Below are positions 19,533 to 28,909 of a stretch of DNA of 64,000 nt, one piece after another. The first letter of the stretch is position 1. Each line of letters begins with the position of its first letter. The notes beneath the pieces are model-generated. The model had not been told where the DNA came from and did no database searches. It saw only the letters and a list, made by a program, of their open reading frames with translations. Origin of the DNA: Candidatus Bathyarchaeota archaeon (lineage in GTDB: Archaea; Thermoproteota; Bathyarchaeia; Bathyarchaeales; Bathycorpusculaceae). The stretch is from the NCBI GenBank assembly GCA_963775685.1, contig CAVZJV010000014.1:1248001-1312000 (forward strand), in the 5' to 3' direction. The translations under genes were made by a program, and so were the position numbers.

Positions 19533-19976
19533 TCAACCCGAAACAGTTGGGTGAGGAATGCTAAACTTGAAGCCTAAGAATTTCTGTTTCCTTATTCGCT
19601 TTTCCTCATAGGACTCGGCGTTTGGGTTATGTCTTCTATACCGATCTCCATGTCTTAATTTCTCTTCTTTTGAATGGGTTTCTCGATACTGCTTATTCCA
19701 TTCATGGTAGTTCTCTTTATTCAGTTCAAAGTACTCTTTGCTTCCTACACTATGATTAGCACAATACCTCATTTGTCTCTTGCTTAAGAAGCGCCCACAA
19801 ACTTCACATCTACGCTGAGACCAAGAAATCAAATCACTACTACTTGACTTATACACTCGATAGCCTGTACTAAAACAGCCATCGCCAATACTATGAGTTG
19901 TTGTATTCATCTCACTCATCCTCACAATAGTAATATCGGAATAATGCTTAAAAGGATTTTTGGGTATTATATTCAA
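19533..19976 (-). CDS. Element zinc-finger protein with basic helical tail
   Basis: RRCEVCGRFLSKRQMRYCANH; start uncertain. Confidence 0.65.
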   Translation of the reverse strand: MNIIPKNPFKHYSDITIVRMSEMNTTTHSIGDGCFSTGYRVYKSSSSDLISWSQRRCEVCGRFLSKRQMRYCANHSVGSKEYFELNKENYHEWNKQYRETHSKEEKLRHGDRYRRHNPNAESYEEKRIRKQKFLGFKFSIPHPTVSG

Positions 19977-20253
19977 TTTGGAATAATGACAAGACTAAAA
20001 AATTTTTGGGAGCATTCTGTTTCCCATTACATGATCGAAAAGGTGGGGCGAGGTAGTTTGTATGCTATTATTAAGTAACATCTACCCAGTATTCCATTTC
20101 CCATTACGATTTTGAAATATCTTTCTTGAGAATAATTACAGATTGTTGTAGCCTTGTACTATTGTTATACAGTTGGGCTTATTCTCCATTCTCATATAGC
20201 CAATACCCATAGTAGAGGCTTTTCTTAGTAGTAGCATCAATAGCAGTAGTGAT

Positions 20254-21501
20254 CTAACGCCTCACCTTACCCTTAGGTTTAATCTCTGGTTCTTCTTCAT
20301 GAGCGTTAAGCTCTTCCTCAATCGCTCGCTCTAACCCTTCCCTGTTGATTTTGATGTTTCCATTATTGCTAAGTTTCCTAAGTAGAATGTCTACAGTGAG
20401 CTTCTCAGCAACAGCGTTATTCTGCCATGTGGTAACTTGAGCTGTTAGTTCCTTAACCTTTAATTCTAATTCGTTAAGCTTAGTCTCGTCTACCACTCGC
20501 ACACCTTCACTCAAGAACTCAAGGTCTGGGAGAGCTTGCTTATACTTAGATCGAAGCTGTTCAATTAATGGTCTGGAATAGGGAGCTTCTTCACCGCTAA
20601 CCTTTCTTCCCTTAATCTTCTTAATCCAGTTGATAGGACATCCAGCATTCTCTAAAGCTGTTTGAACTATACGTCTACCATCATGAAAAGTGAAGTTTGC
20701 ATTAGCTCTTTGCTCTAAAATGGTTGCTTTCTTTGCTATCATGCGTATAGTTAATGGTTCGCTTATGTTGCGTTTGACTGAGAGAAAAACATAGTCTTCG
20801 TTAGTCCACTTGTGACCAAAGTTCTTTTCCATCCATTCTCTATATTCAATAACTACTCTTTTTGCTTCGTTAGTTATGAAGGTCTCTTGCCTTACGCCTC
20901 TATACTTTCCCTTGCCATGACCCTTCACTAAATCAGAGGGTAAAGAGATGTGTGGACATTCTTGAGTTTCCCAACCCTCTTCAAAGTGATAGAATCTTAG
21001 CTTTGAGAGGGACTCTAAAGCTATTGCTGAAGTTGCACCTATCATAACGAGTGCTTGGTCTCTGGGGTTTCTGCATGCTTTGAATACTGCTAACCGAGTT
21101 TCTTTAGAGGGTACAGTGTGGCTTTCATTCTGTATGTATGGCATGGACCGACCAGCTTGCGCCTGAAGTTGTCGGTAATTTGTTCTAAAGAATCCTCTGA
21201 GACATTGAGCTATGTGCCACTTTCTTTTTTCTGGAAAGATAACTTTGGCATTCGCTAAACTGTCTAAGAGCTTCTCTGCCTCTAAGCTATTGTAATCTTT
21301 CTTTAGGTCTAACAACTGGTCAGGATTCAACCCAGACCAATTACAGAAATGATAAAGAGAGATGGCTGCGCTGCCCTGTCTACTGTGAAGAGTATTAAGA
21401 TAATTCATTACGCATTGATAGTTTTTAGCCCAACCATCTAATACTGTTAGCTCAGTGAAACCATACTTTAAATTCTTCTTTTTCGCTTCTACTATACCCA
21501 T
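20254..21501 (-). CDS. Tyrosine recombinase/integrase with atypical catalytic motifs
   Basis: N-terminal SAM-like core-binding region, RDQAL, VKGHGKG, FHDGRR (HxxR), APYS tyrosine, C-terminal coiled coil; adjacent to attR. Confidence 0.88.
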   Translation of the reverse strand: MGIVEAKKKNLKYGFTELTVLDGWAKNYQCVMNYLNTLHSRQGSAAISLYHFCNWSGLNPDQLLDLKKDYNSLEAEKLLDSLANAKVIFPEKRKWHIAQCLRGFFRTNYRQLQAQAGRSMPYIQNESHTVPSKETRLAVFKACRNPRDQALVMIGATSAIALESLSKLRFYHFEEGWETQECPHISLPSDLVKGHGKGKYRGVRQETFITNEAKRVVIEYREWMEKNFGHKWTNEDYVFLSVKRNISEPLTIRMIAKKATILEQRANANFTFHDGRRIVQTALENAGCPINWIKKIKGRKVSGEEAPYSRPLIEQLRSKYKQALPDLEFLSEGVRVVDETKLNELELKVKELTAQVTTWQNNAVAEKLTVDILLRKLSNNGNIKINREGLERAIEEELNAHEEEPEIKPKGKVRR

Positions 21502-21556
21502 GTGTCTCTCACTCTCAAGCGTTACCTATTATAGTTTCACCCTTATTAATTCACCT

Positions 21557-21567
21557 ATTTGTATAGC
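21557..21567 (+). repeat. attR core ATTTGTATAGC
   Basis: Direct repeat of 12623-12633. Confidence 0.88.
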
Positions 21568-21697
21568 TTCCCCCAAAACATTGAATATATCGCGTTTAGG
21601 CACTGACTTGGGCTATCGGCATGTTGAATCGCACTTTGCCTATATTCATCAGTCTTTGACGCGGGAGATTGCAGTGTTCGAAAAGGTGAATGTATGA
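21557..21697 (+). pseudogene. trm11: Displaced original 3' end of trm11
   Basis: ICIASPKTL...LGYRHVESHFAYIHQSLTREIAVFEKVNV*, 18/27 identical to the current Trm11 tail; stop overlaps rnz start (ATGA). Confidence 0.88.
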
Positions 21698-22614
21698 GTC
21701 TTCGTGTGGTGTTTTTGGGGACAAGTGGCAGCGTACCAACGCTAAAAAGAAGTCTACCCTCCGTCGTTGTGCAATGTCCGCGCGACCAATGGATGTTTGA
21801 CTGCGGCGAAAACGTACAACGGCAAATGATGCAAGCGAAAGTCAGTTTTCACCGTAAAATGAAAGTGTTCATTACTCATCTGCATGGCGATCACGTTTTG
21901 GGTTTGCCCGGACTATTGCAGACAATGGCATTGATGGGTCGCACCGAGCCAGTTCAGATTTATGGTCCAGTTGGGCTGAAGGATTTTCTTGTTTGTACCA
22001 AAGAAACACTCAACTTTGGCTTAACCTTCTCGGTTGAGATAAGCGAAATCCCTGCAGAAGGCATCGTTTGCAACGAAGAAGAATACAGAGTTATATCAAC
22101 TAAATCTAACCACGCTGTACAAAGCTATGCCTTTGCTTTTGTGGAAAAGCCGCGTCCAGGCAAGTTCTATCCAAAAAAAGCGTTGGCGCTTGGAGTTGCG
22201 GCGGGTGAGCTGTGGTCTAAGCTGCAAAGCGGCAAAGAAATTACTTTGGCGGATGGTAAGGTGATTAAACCAAGCGATGTTATGGGTCCTCTGCGGACTG
22301 GACGCAAAATCATCTACACAGGCGACACCAAACCCTTTGAGGCGTTCGCAAAATTCGCGCAGGGAGCAGATTTGGTGATTCATGATTGCACGTTTGACGA
22401 TTCTCTCACTGAGAAGGCAAATGTGGATGGACATTCAACGCCAACTCAAGCAGCTGAGCAAGCGAGGGCGGCTGGAGCAAAACAGTTGGTTCTGTCCCAC
22501 ATCAGCGCTCGGTACACAAACGCAGGGTTGCTTTTGGACCAAGCAAAAAAAGTCTTCCCCAAAAGCATACTTGCCGAGGATTTTATGGAGCTGGAGCTTC
22601 CCTTAAGCGAGTAG
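21694..22614 (+). CDS. rnz: Ribonuclease Z
   Basis: FLGTSGS, DCGE, THLHGDH, GP exosite, YTGDT, HST, HISARY. Confidence 0.96.
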   Translation: MSLRVVFLGTSGSVPTLKRSLPSVVVQCPRDQWMFDCGENVQRQMMQAKVSFHRKMKVFITHLHGDHVLGLPGLLQTMALMGRTEPVQIYGPVGLKDFLVCTKETLNFGLTFSVEISEIPAEGIVCNEEEYRVISTKSNHAVQSYAFAFVEKPRPGKFYPKKALALGVAAGELWSKLQSGKEITLADGKVIKPSDVMGPLRTGRKIIYTGDTKPFEAFAKFAQGADLVIHDCTFDDSLTEKANVDGHSTPTQAAEQARAAGAKQLVLSHISARYTNAGLLLDQAKKVFPKSILAEDFMELELPLSE

Positions 22615-23385
22615 CTGCTTTAATTTCTTGATGCTTTGAAGCACCTCATGCATCGATTCGACAACGACGATTTTGTCGTAGCCGATTTTTTCAAGTGTTT
22701 CAGCAAACCAGTTATAGTCGATGTTGCCGTCCTCAACTCCGAAGTGTTGGTCGTCTGAGCCATCGTTGTTGCTGGCGTGGATGTGGACTATTTTGTCAGC
22801 AAGCAAACTAAAAAAAGGCTGGATTTGACCTTCCAAGTTTGCGTGTCCAAGATCCATCGTTATGCCAATAGGCAAGTTGGTTTCTTTGTACATCTTTTGG
22901 AATTCTTCAGGCGAATTCATCAAAAACCAATATTTCGCAGGCAGATTCTCTAGAGCAATGTTAATGCCATATTCCTCCGAAACAGCATACAATTCTTGAA
23001 TACTTTTGCACATTTGCTTGAAATCGGCGCCCGGATAAAATTGCCCGATGCCCGTACGCTGTCCAGGATGGAAGACCCAAAGTTTAGCGTCCATGGCAGC
23101 TGCGTTTTGGAGGGATTGTTTGAGTCGTTTAAGCGACGCGCTTAGCATAGGTTTGACAGGCGAAGCAATGTTGATGTCCGCGAAAGGCGCATGCAAGGAA
23201 TACTCTAGGCTGTAGGTTTTTGCGGCTTCCCTGAGCGCAGCAATACGTGGTTTGTTTAAATCATACGTGCCGTCATCCAAAATCTCAATGTACTTAGTGC
23301 CCATTTTTCCCAAGCGTTTGACCATACTGTTAAAGGGTTCACCCAAGCAATAGAGCATTGAAACGCCAACTTTAGCTTTAGACAT
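22603..23385 (-). CDS. Sugar phosphate isomerase/epimerase (TIM barrel, AP endonuclease 2 family)
   Basis: HAPFADIN, FHPG, LENL, DLGHA, HIHASNNDG..DQH. Confidence 0.85.
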   Translation of the reverse strand: MSKAKVGVSMLYCLGEPFNSMVKRLGKMGTKYIEILDDGTYDLNKPRIAALREAAKTYSLEYSLHAPFADINIASPVKPMLSASLKRLKQSLQNAAAMDAKLWVFHPGQRTGIGQFYPGADFKQMCKSIQELYAVSEEYGINIALENLPAKYWFLMNSPEEFQKMYKETNLPIGITMDLGHANLEGQIQPFFSLLADKIVHIHASNNDGSDDQHFGVEDGNIDYNWFAETLEKIGYDKIVVVESMHEVLQSIKKLKQLLA

Positions 23386-23533
23386 GCCATTTCCCCTTTT
23401 ACATTGGAATGTTCTGGTTAAAAACCATACTAACCTAAATAAGTTAACCCCAAAAAAATTCAAACTGCCCGAAAGAGAAGCCAAGGTCTGTTATTTTATT
23501 TTACTCAGGAAATAGTTGCATTCCTCAAGGATT

Positions 23534-24017
23534 CTAAAAGTTTGCCACTCGGGTAGTTCTATGCTGAATTTGACGAATTCCAAGTGCAAGTTCAGTGAAT
23601 TCTTTTATAGTTGTGCAGCGAAAATCCCTCGTTGGCCTTCCAAAGCGTAAGCCGCTGCACATGATGTCCGCGTAGACATAAAGTCGAATGCTATGGTAGT
23701 CATATGCTGCTATCTTGGGTTCACCATATTTTGGTTCGGAAATCACTTTGAAGGGCCAGATTTTGCATGCTTCAGGCTTCATGCTCTGTAGGCTACAATA
23801 GTAGGTGTTTGCTTTGTTGCAGAGGAAATCGCATGAACCATCGTTTGTCCGTTTTTATGTAGAAGCGCTCTAAGTCGGACACGGTGGTTTTAACGCCGAA
23901 AGACCTGGAAATGTTTAGCCACTCAGGAAAACCCAGTACGACGCTGTATAATTTGCAACAGTAACCACAGGCTTTGCAGCGCCAATCCGCAAGGTTTCGC
24001 CATGGAACAAACTGCAT
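23534..24017 (-). pseudogene. YkgJ-family cysteine-cluster protein, split by a frameshift
   Basis: CKACGYCC in the first ORF and KPEACKIWP in the second; removing one A in the A-run near 23853 restores DGSCDFLC. Confidence 0.75.
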
Positions 24018-24090
24018 TTTTAGCTAAAACTCTCCAAGTGAATAAAAATGAAGAAGATTAAATCTTTTGTTCCAACAAACAAAGAAAAAA

Positions 24091-24567
24091 CTATAGTTTG
24101 TTGTAGAGGTAAATCGTATGTGAAGGATAGCCTAACTTGGGGTTTTCGCAGAAATTCTCAACTTTCGTTGGTTGCCAACCAATAATCTCATAGTCATGTG
24201 AAACCACGCGTGCTCCTTTCTTAAGATCGCTCTCCAACTTTGGTTTGATTTTCTCGTTTGCACTCGTCGTCAAGTACAAGTAGACCACGTCTGCCGAAGT
24301 TAGATTTACTTTGAACATGTCATCATTCATTATTGTAACTCTGTCATCTAACCCATGCTCATGAATAGAACTCATAGCTTTCTTAGCTAAATCTTCACGC
24401 ATCTCGATGCCAACTCCTCGGGCGCCAAAAGTCTTTGCCGCCATAATCACGGTTCTTCCATCTCCTGAACCCATATCGAAAAGGACTTCACCTGCCTTCA
24501 AATCAGCAAGCCTCAGCATATATTCTACCACAATTGTTGGGCTTGGAACAAAAGGAGCAATAAACAT
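24091..24567 (-). CDS. SAM-dependent protein methyltransferase (archaeal lysine MTase/FAM173-like)
   Basis: APFVPSP, DMGSGDGR, VVYLYL, RVVSHDY. Confidence 0.85.
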   Translation of the reverse strand: MFIAPFVPSPTIVVEYMLRLADLKAGEVLFDMGSGDGRTVIMAAKTFGARGVGIEMREDLAKKAMSSIHEHGLDDRVTIMNDDMFKVNLTSADVVYLYLTTSANEKIKPKLESDLKKGARVVSHDYEIIGWQPTKVENFCENPKLGYPSHTIYLYNKL

Positions 24568-24594
24568 CTTTCAGGTTCTCCTACAAATCCCTAA

Positions 24595-24928
24595 CTACGC
24601 TACATAAGCATCTTTTTTTGGCTGCGGTCTTTTTGCTTCACCACATTTAGCGCAACTCTGTACACACAATTCAAGATATTTCTCTTCATCTGCTCTTCCA
24701 ACGGCGCTGAGCAGCTTTTATGCATAGTTCGCTGGGTTCAACGCAACCTTCTTCTTTGCAAAGGGATGAGATGTATTGGCAGATTTCCTGTACGTCTTTT
24801 GGCTCAAGAACTGCTCTGTTTGTGCGTACAAGTAAACAGAGTTCTCGCGCCATAACGCAGGTTTTAACGTATTTGATGCGTTCGAGAACTTCGTTACGTA
24901 GATTCTTTCGGCTTATTTCCACTTTCAA
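24595..24928 (-). pseudogene. Cys-rich small hypothetical protein, frameshifted near 24705
   Basis: ORF 24686-24928 continues in another frame as ...DEEKYLELCVQSCAKCG...DAYVA*. Confidence 0.55.
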
Positions 24929-25076
24929 ATTCTCCTAAGAGTACAACAAGCAGATAAGCCAAAATAAGAAGCTCTTCGCTTAAAAAGTTGCTGTATACTG
25001 CCTGAGAGGTTGCTGAGTTTACGAAAAGCTAATAACTTGTTCTTACGCAAAAACAGTTAACCCGCCTGAACAGGAA

Positions 25077-26015
25077 TTGAGGCGAAAAAGCGAAGTGCAA
25101 TCTAAAACCAAGAAGATAATCCTCATTTTAGTCTTATCCATAGCATTAGCGATAAATGCTTTTACTTTTCTCGTTGCATATCCAGAAACATTTAAGCCGA
25201 TGTCACCAATTTACGCAAGAGATTTTTCTGCTTACTACATCGGAGAATGGCGATTATTCCACAATCCAACCACAATCTACATAGGCGGAAATCAGCCGGG
25301 CGATTATTATATTCCGCCCAATGTCCAAACTTTCAAGTACACGCCCTCTTTTCTGATTTTTTTTGCACCTTTTATAAATTTGAGTTACCAAAACGCGCTT
25401 AACGTTTTTGACATATTACAATTTGCTTCTGTCTTTGTCTTAGCGTTTTTTGTCTACAAAATTGTTAGAGACAAAAAGCTTTTGTGGGGTGCCATGGCAG
25501 CCGTCATTATTTTAGTCGCTTTCCAACCTGGTTACTATTGTGGCTATTCTCAAGCAAATGCCCACATAATTCAAGCCTCTCTTATCGTAGGTTCCTTGTA
25601 TTTTGGGTTCTCTAAAAAGCCATGGTTTTCCGCACTTTTTTTTGCGACAGCTGCATTTGATCCACGCGGTTGTCTTCTTGCTCTTCCACTGCTTTTATGG
25701 TACAACAGACAAAAGTTACTAAAGTTCGGAATGGGCATGGTTGCGTTTCTTGCGGCGTTAAACTTGCCTTTTTTCTTTTACTACAATATCGGATTAAATT
25801 TTTTGCAGACAGAAGTTAATGGTGACATTGTCTCTCAGATATATTCTTACGATTTGGTTCCTATAATCGCTGTCGCCACAATGACTATACTCGAAGTTAT
25901 AACTATCATTGACAAGAGAACAAATTTTAGCTTTTTAATAGAAGCTAAACTCTCAAAGCCAAAAACAGAAGCCAACTCGACCCTTTCCCCAGAAACGCTC
26001 AATAGACAACAATAA
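25077..26015 (+). CDS. GT-C fold membrane glycosyltransferase (GT87-like)
   Basis: RDFSAYY, FKYTPSFL motifs, multiple TM helices. Confidence 0.75.
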   Translation: MRRKSEVQSKTKKIILILVLSIALAINAFTFLVAYPETFKPMSPIYARDFSAYYIGEWRLFHNPTTIYIGGNQPGDYYIPPNVQTFKYTPSFLIFFAPFINLSYQNALNVFDILQFASVFVLAFFVYKIVRDKKLLWGAMAAVIILVAFQPGYYCGYSQANAHIIQASLIVGSLYFGFSKKPWFSALFFATAAFDPRGCLLALPLLLWYNRQKLLKFGMGMVAFLAALNLPFFFYYNIGLNFLQTEVNGDIVSQIYSYDLVPIIAVATMTILEVITIIDKRTNFSFLIEAKLSKPKTEANSTLSPETLNRQQ

Positions 26016-26035
26016 TTGCCGAGAACTCAGCATTC

Positions 26036-28909
26036 TCAGAATCGCTTGCTTAGGACCTTGCGTTCTACTTCCATAACTAGCTCGTAAAACTTGTCTGAAA
26101 GCGTGGATTCTTTCTCTAGAACAGCTCTAGCATCAATAGTTGAAACACGCCGTGCACTCAACGCAACCGCGGCGGCTTTGCCATATTTTTCAATCAACTC
26201 CCCGGTTTGCCGTGCGTATACCTGCAATTTTATTTCGCTCTTCGCCAGCTTTTCGCCCCTTTTTTCAATCAGCGGCAAAGCCTTCTCCTCCTCTACTTTC
26301 AGCATACCAATTGCAAAAGACCCGCACCGTGGACACTTGGGTTTATCAGGCAGGTCTTTGATGCATATCATCTCCATATAATCCCAACAGGCAGTGCAGA
26401 CAAAGTTACCCGTCTCGGTGAGCAACCTTGCCTTTGCAGATTCAACTAGAACTGCACGCATCTGCTCGGGTGGAATAAGGTCGGTCTTCATGCTAACACG
26501 CTCAATGCCAACACGAGCTACAGGCGTCGCGAAGCCGCCGGTTTCAACCACTTGCAGCCGAACTAAACCATCACGCAGCCTACCCAACACCATGACAAGC
26601 CCATCTCCGTCGATGTCTTTGGAGAAAACCTCCTTCAGACCTTCCTCATAAATGGGGGTCCCTTCAAAACTTGCAATCAACTTTTGGATACTAACATTGC
26701 TAAAGTCAGCCCACTTCTTCAAAGCACCAAATCGCCGTGCCACTTGAATAACGCGACGCTTGAATAGTCCAGTCTTCACAGTGGATAGAGTTAGCGTGTT
26801 CTTGATGGCTTGTTCACTCATACCCTGAATTTCCATTACGACATCAACCAGTCTCTCAGCAGTCATGGCACCCATAGTTTGAACAAAAATGCGATAGGGG
26901 TCATGCTGAACCACAATGCCTCGGCCCATCTTATCAGACAAAACCTGCCCCAAAAGCTGAGCCAAAGCCCGATTGGTAAGCGAACCAAAATTTGAATGAA
27001 CAATAACGAATTCGCCCCAATCCTCAACTACAATCCGCCCTGGAGTAGGAACAGGAAAGCCTCTGTGCACTTGTTCCAAGGTTTCATCTAACGCATGCAG
27101 GATTGTCTGTTTGTCCGCGGGATACCGTTCAGCAAGCAATGCGCTAATCTGCTCACCTGAAGCACCGCGCTGGGTTTGTTGTTCAACGAAACCTCGGATT
27201 TCCGCCAATTCCTGCGCTACCTCGTAGGGAACAGAAATTTCCTCCCCTATCCAGCTGGGGATGGAGCCCGTGGGGTCATCTACTGGGCGAACATAGACTT
27301 TGTCTTCTGTAGGGTGGATTATTTGCCATGGGCTACCGCGGATGATGAATTTTGTGCCTGGCTTTCCATATTCCGCCATGAAGGCTTCGTCTAAAACTCC
27401 GATGGATGAATCCGTTGACTCGTCGATGACTAGGAATTGTTTTTCTTCGGGAATCATTGATAAATTATCGAAATAGTACTCAAACAATGCCTTGGTCCTC
27501 TGGGGTCGCAGCACCACTTGGTCTTCAAACGATGCCCATGCTAAACGAGGAAAACGGTTATGCATGTATTTGAGAATCTTCTCCACGTCAGATAATGTCA
27601 GGTTTTCGAATGGAGCAGCGTTACGCATCAAATTTAAAATCTCGTTGAAAGCTAACCGTCGGTTATTGAGCAGCAACCCAGCGATTTGGTGAGCTAAAAC
27701 ATCGTAGGGCTTATCAGGAATTGTTAACGGTTCCAGCTCTTCGCTCAACGCACGCCGAGCAATGACCAACGCTTCGAGTGTATCATCGGAGTCCATGCCA
27801 ATAATTATTCCTTCAGACAATTTCCCATACGTATGCCCTGCCCTGCCAACCCTCTGAATTAACCGAGAAACCTGACGAGGACTCATGTACTGGATGACTA
27901 GGTCTATATGCCCAACGTCTATGCCGAGTTCTAAGCTGCTGGTGGCGATTAAACCTTTGAGGGCGCCTTTTTTTAGCCCTGTTTCCGCGGCAATTCGTGA
28001 AGGTTTAGCCAAAGAGCCGTGATGAATTGAAATTGGAAAATCAACATCCCAAACTTTGAAGCGGGAAGCCAAAACCTCCGAAACCGAACGTGTATTAGTA
28101 AACAAGAGCACTGATTTGCGTTTGCTCATGTAATCACGAATAATGCGCAACCTCGCTGACACTTCGGGGTGGGTATAAATTTTGGAGGCGAACTGAACGT
28201 CTTGTTCGGTGGGCTTGGGATAAATCACCTGCAGCTTCACCATCTTTGCCACAGGAACGCGGATTATTTCGACAGGTCGTTTATCGCCGACAAGGAACTG
28301 GGCAACCTTGTCGGGGCTGCCCACTGTAGCAGATAAACCGACCATTTGAAAGTCTTTACCGATTAAATCGCGGATACGCTCCAATGCTAAAGAAAGTTGG
28401 CTGCCACGTTTGCTGTCTGCAAGTTCATGAACTTCGTCAATGACTATCCAGTGGAGACTTTGCAGGCTCTGACGCAGCAGCCACCCGGTAAGAATAGCTT
28501 GCAAGGTTTCAGGCGTCGTAATTAGAATGTCAGGGGGACATCGTGATTGCCTAGTTCGTTCTTTAGTTTCGGTGTCTCCATGCCTAACAGCCAATTTAAC
28601 GTCTAAATTGTTGCACCACCACTGGAGTCGTTCAAGCAAGTCACGGTTTAATGCTCGAAGAGGCGTTATGTAGAGCACTTTTATGCCTGGAGTTTTAGGC
28701 AACTGCAAAAGCATGCTTAGAATAGGAAGGAAGGCAGCTTCGGTTTTGCCAGTGGCTGTAGGTGAGATTAATAGGACGTTTTTGCCTTCCAGAATTTTGG
28801 GTATGGTTTTTTCTTGAGGTTCGGTGGGTTTAGAGAATCCCTTCTGTTCAACGAGCCTTCGCACTGGCTTCACGAGCATTTCAAAGGCATTTTCAGAAGT
28901 AGCTTGCAA
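26036..28909 (-). CDS. lhr: Lhr-family ATP-dependent helicase
   Basis: PTATGKT, DEVH, SAT, HHGSL, SLELGIDVG, QRVGRAGH, C-terminal CxxC...CPRC. Confidence 0.93.
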   Translation of the reverse strand: MQATSENAFEMLVKPVRRLVEQKGFSKPTEPQEKTIPKILEGKNVLLISPTATGKTEAAFLPILSMLLQLPKTPGIKVLYITPLRALNRDLLERLQWWCNNLDVKLAVRHGDTETKERTRQSRCPPDILITTPETLQAILTGWLLRQSLQSLHWIVIDEVHELADSKRGSQLSLALERIRDLIGKDFQMVGLSATVGSPDKVAQFLVGDKRPVEIIRVPVAKMVKLQVIYPKPTEQDVQFASKIYTHPEVSARLRIIRDYMSKRKSVLLFTNTRSVSEVLASRFKVWDVDFPISIHHGSLAKPSRIAAETGLKKGALKGLIATSSLELGIDVGHIDLVIQYMSPRQVSRLIQRVGRAGHTYGKLSEGIIIGMDSDDTLEALVIARRALSEELEPLTIPDKPYDVLAHQIAGLLLNNRRLAFNEILNLMRNAAPFENLTLSDVEKILKYMHNRFPRLAWASFEDQVVLRPQRTKALFEYYFDNLSMIPEEKQFLVIDESTDSSIGVLDEAFMAEYGKPGTKFIIRGSPWQIIHPTEDKVYVRPVDDPTGSIPSWIGEEISVPYEVAQELAEIRGFVEQQTQRGASGEQISALLAERYPADKQTILHALDETLEQVHRGFPVPTPGRIVVEDWGEFVIVHSNFGSLTNRALAQLLGQVLSDKMGRGIVVQHDPYRIFVQTMGAMTAERLVDVVMEIQGMSEQAIKNTLTLSTVKTGLFKRRVIQVARRFGALKKWADFSNVSIQKLIASFEGTPIYEEGLKEVFSKDIDGDGLVMVLGRLRDGLVRLQVVETGGFATPVARVGIERVSMKTDLIPPEQMRAVLVESAKARLLTETGNFVCTACWDYMEMICIKDLPDKPKCPRCGSFAIGMLKVEEEKALPLIEKRGEKLAKSEIKLQVYARQTGELIEKYGKAAAVALSARRVSTIDARAVLEKESTLSDKFYELVMEVERKVLSKRF

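Larger units (their letters stand above)
12623..21567. mobile_element. ~8.9 kb integrated element (provirus or integrative plasmid) inserted in trm11
   Basis: Flanking 11-bp direct repeat, terminal tyrosine recombinase, duplicated trm11 3' end, visibly more AT-rich, co-oriented small unknown ORFs. Confidence 0.9.

Noticed and set aside
12623-21567. tRNA gene as the integration target
   Set aside because: No cloverleaf or T-loop motif at either end; the repeat lies in protein-coding sequence.
21455-21697. 80-aa ORF as an independent gene
   Set aside because: It is the displaced trm11 tail read in frame from element sequence overlapping the integrase start; expression is unsupported.
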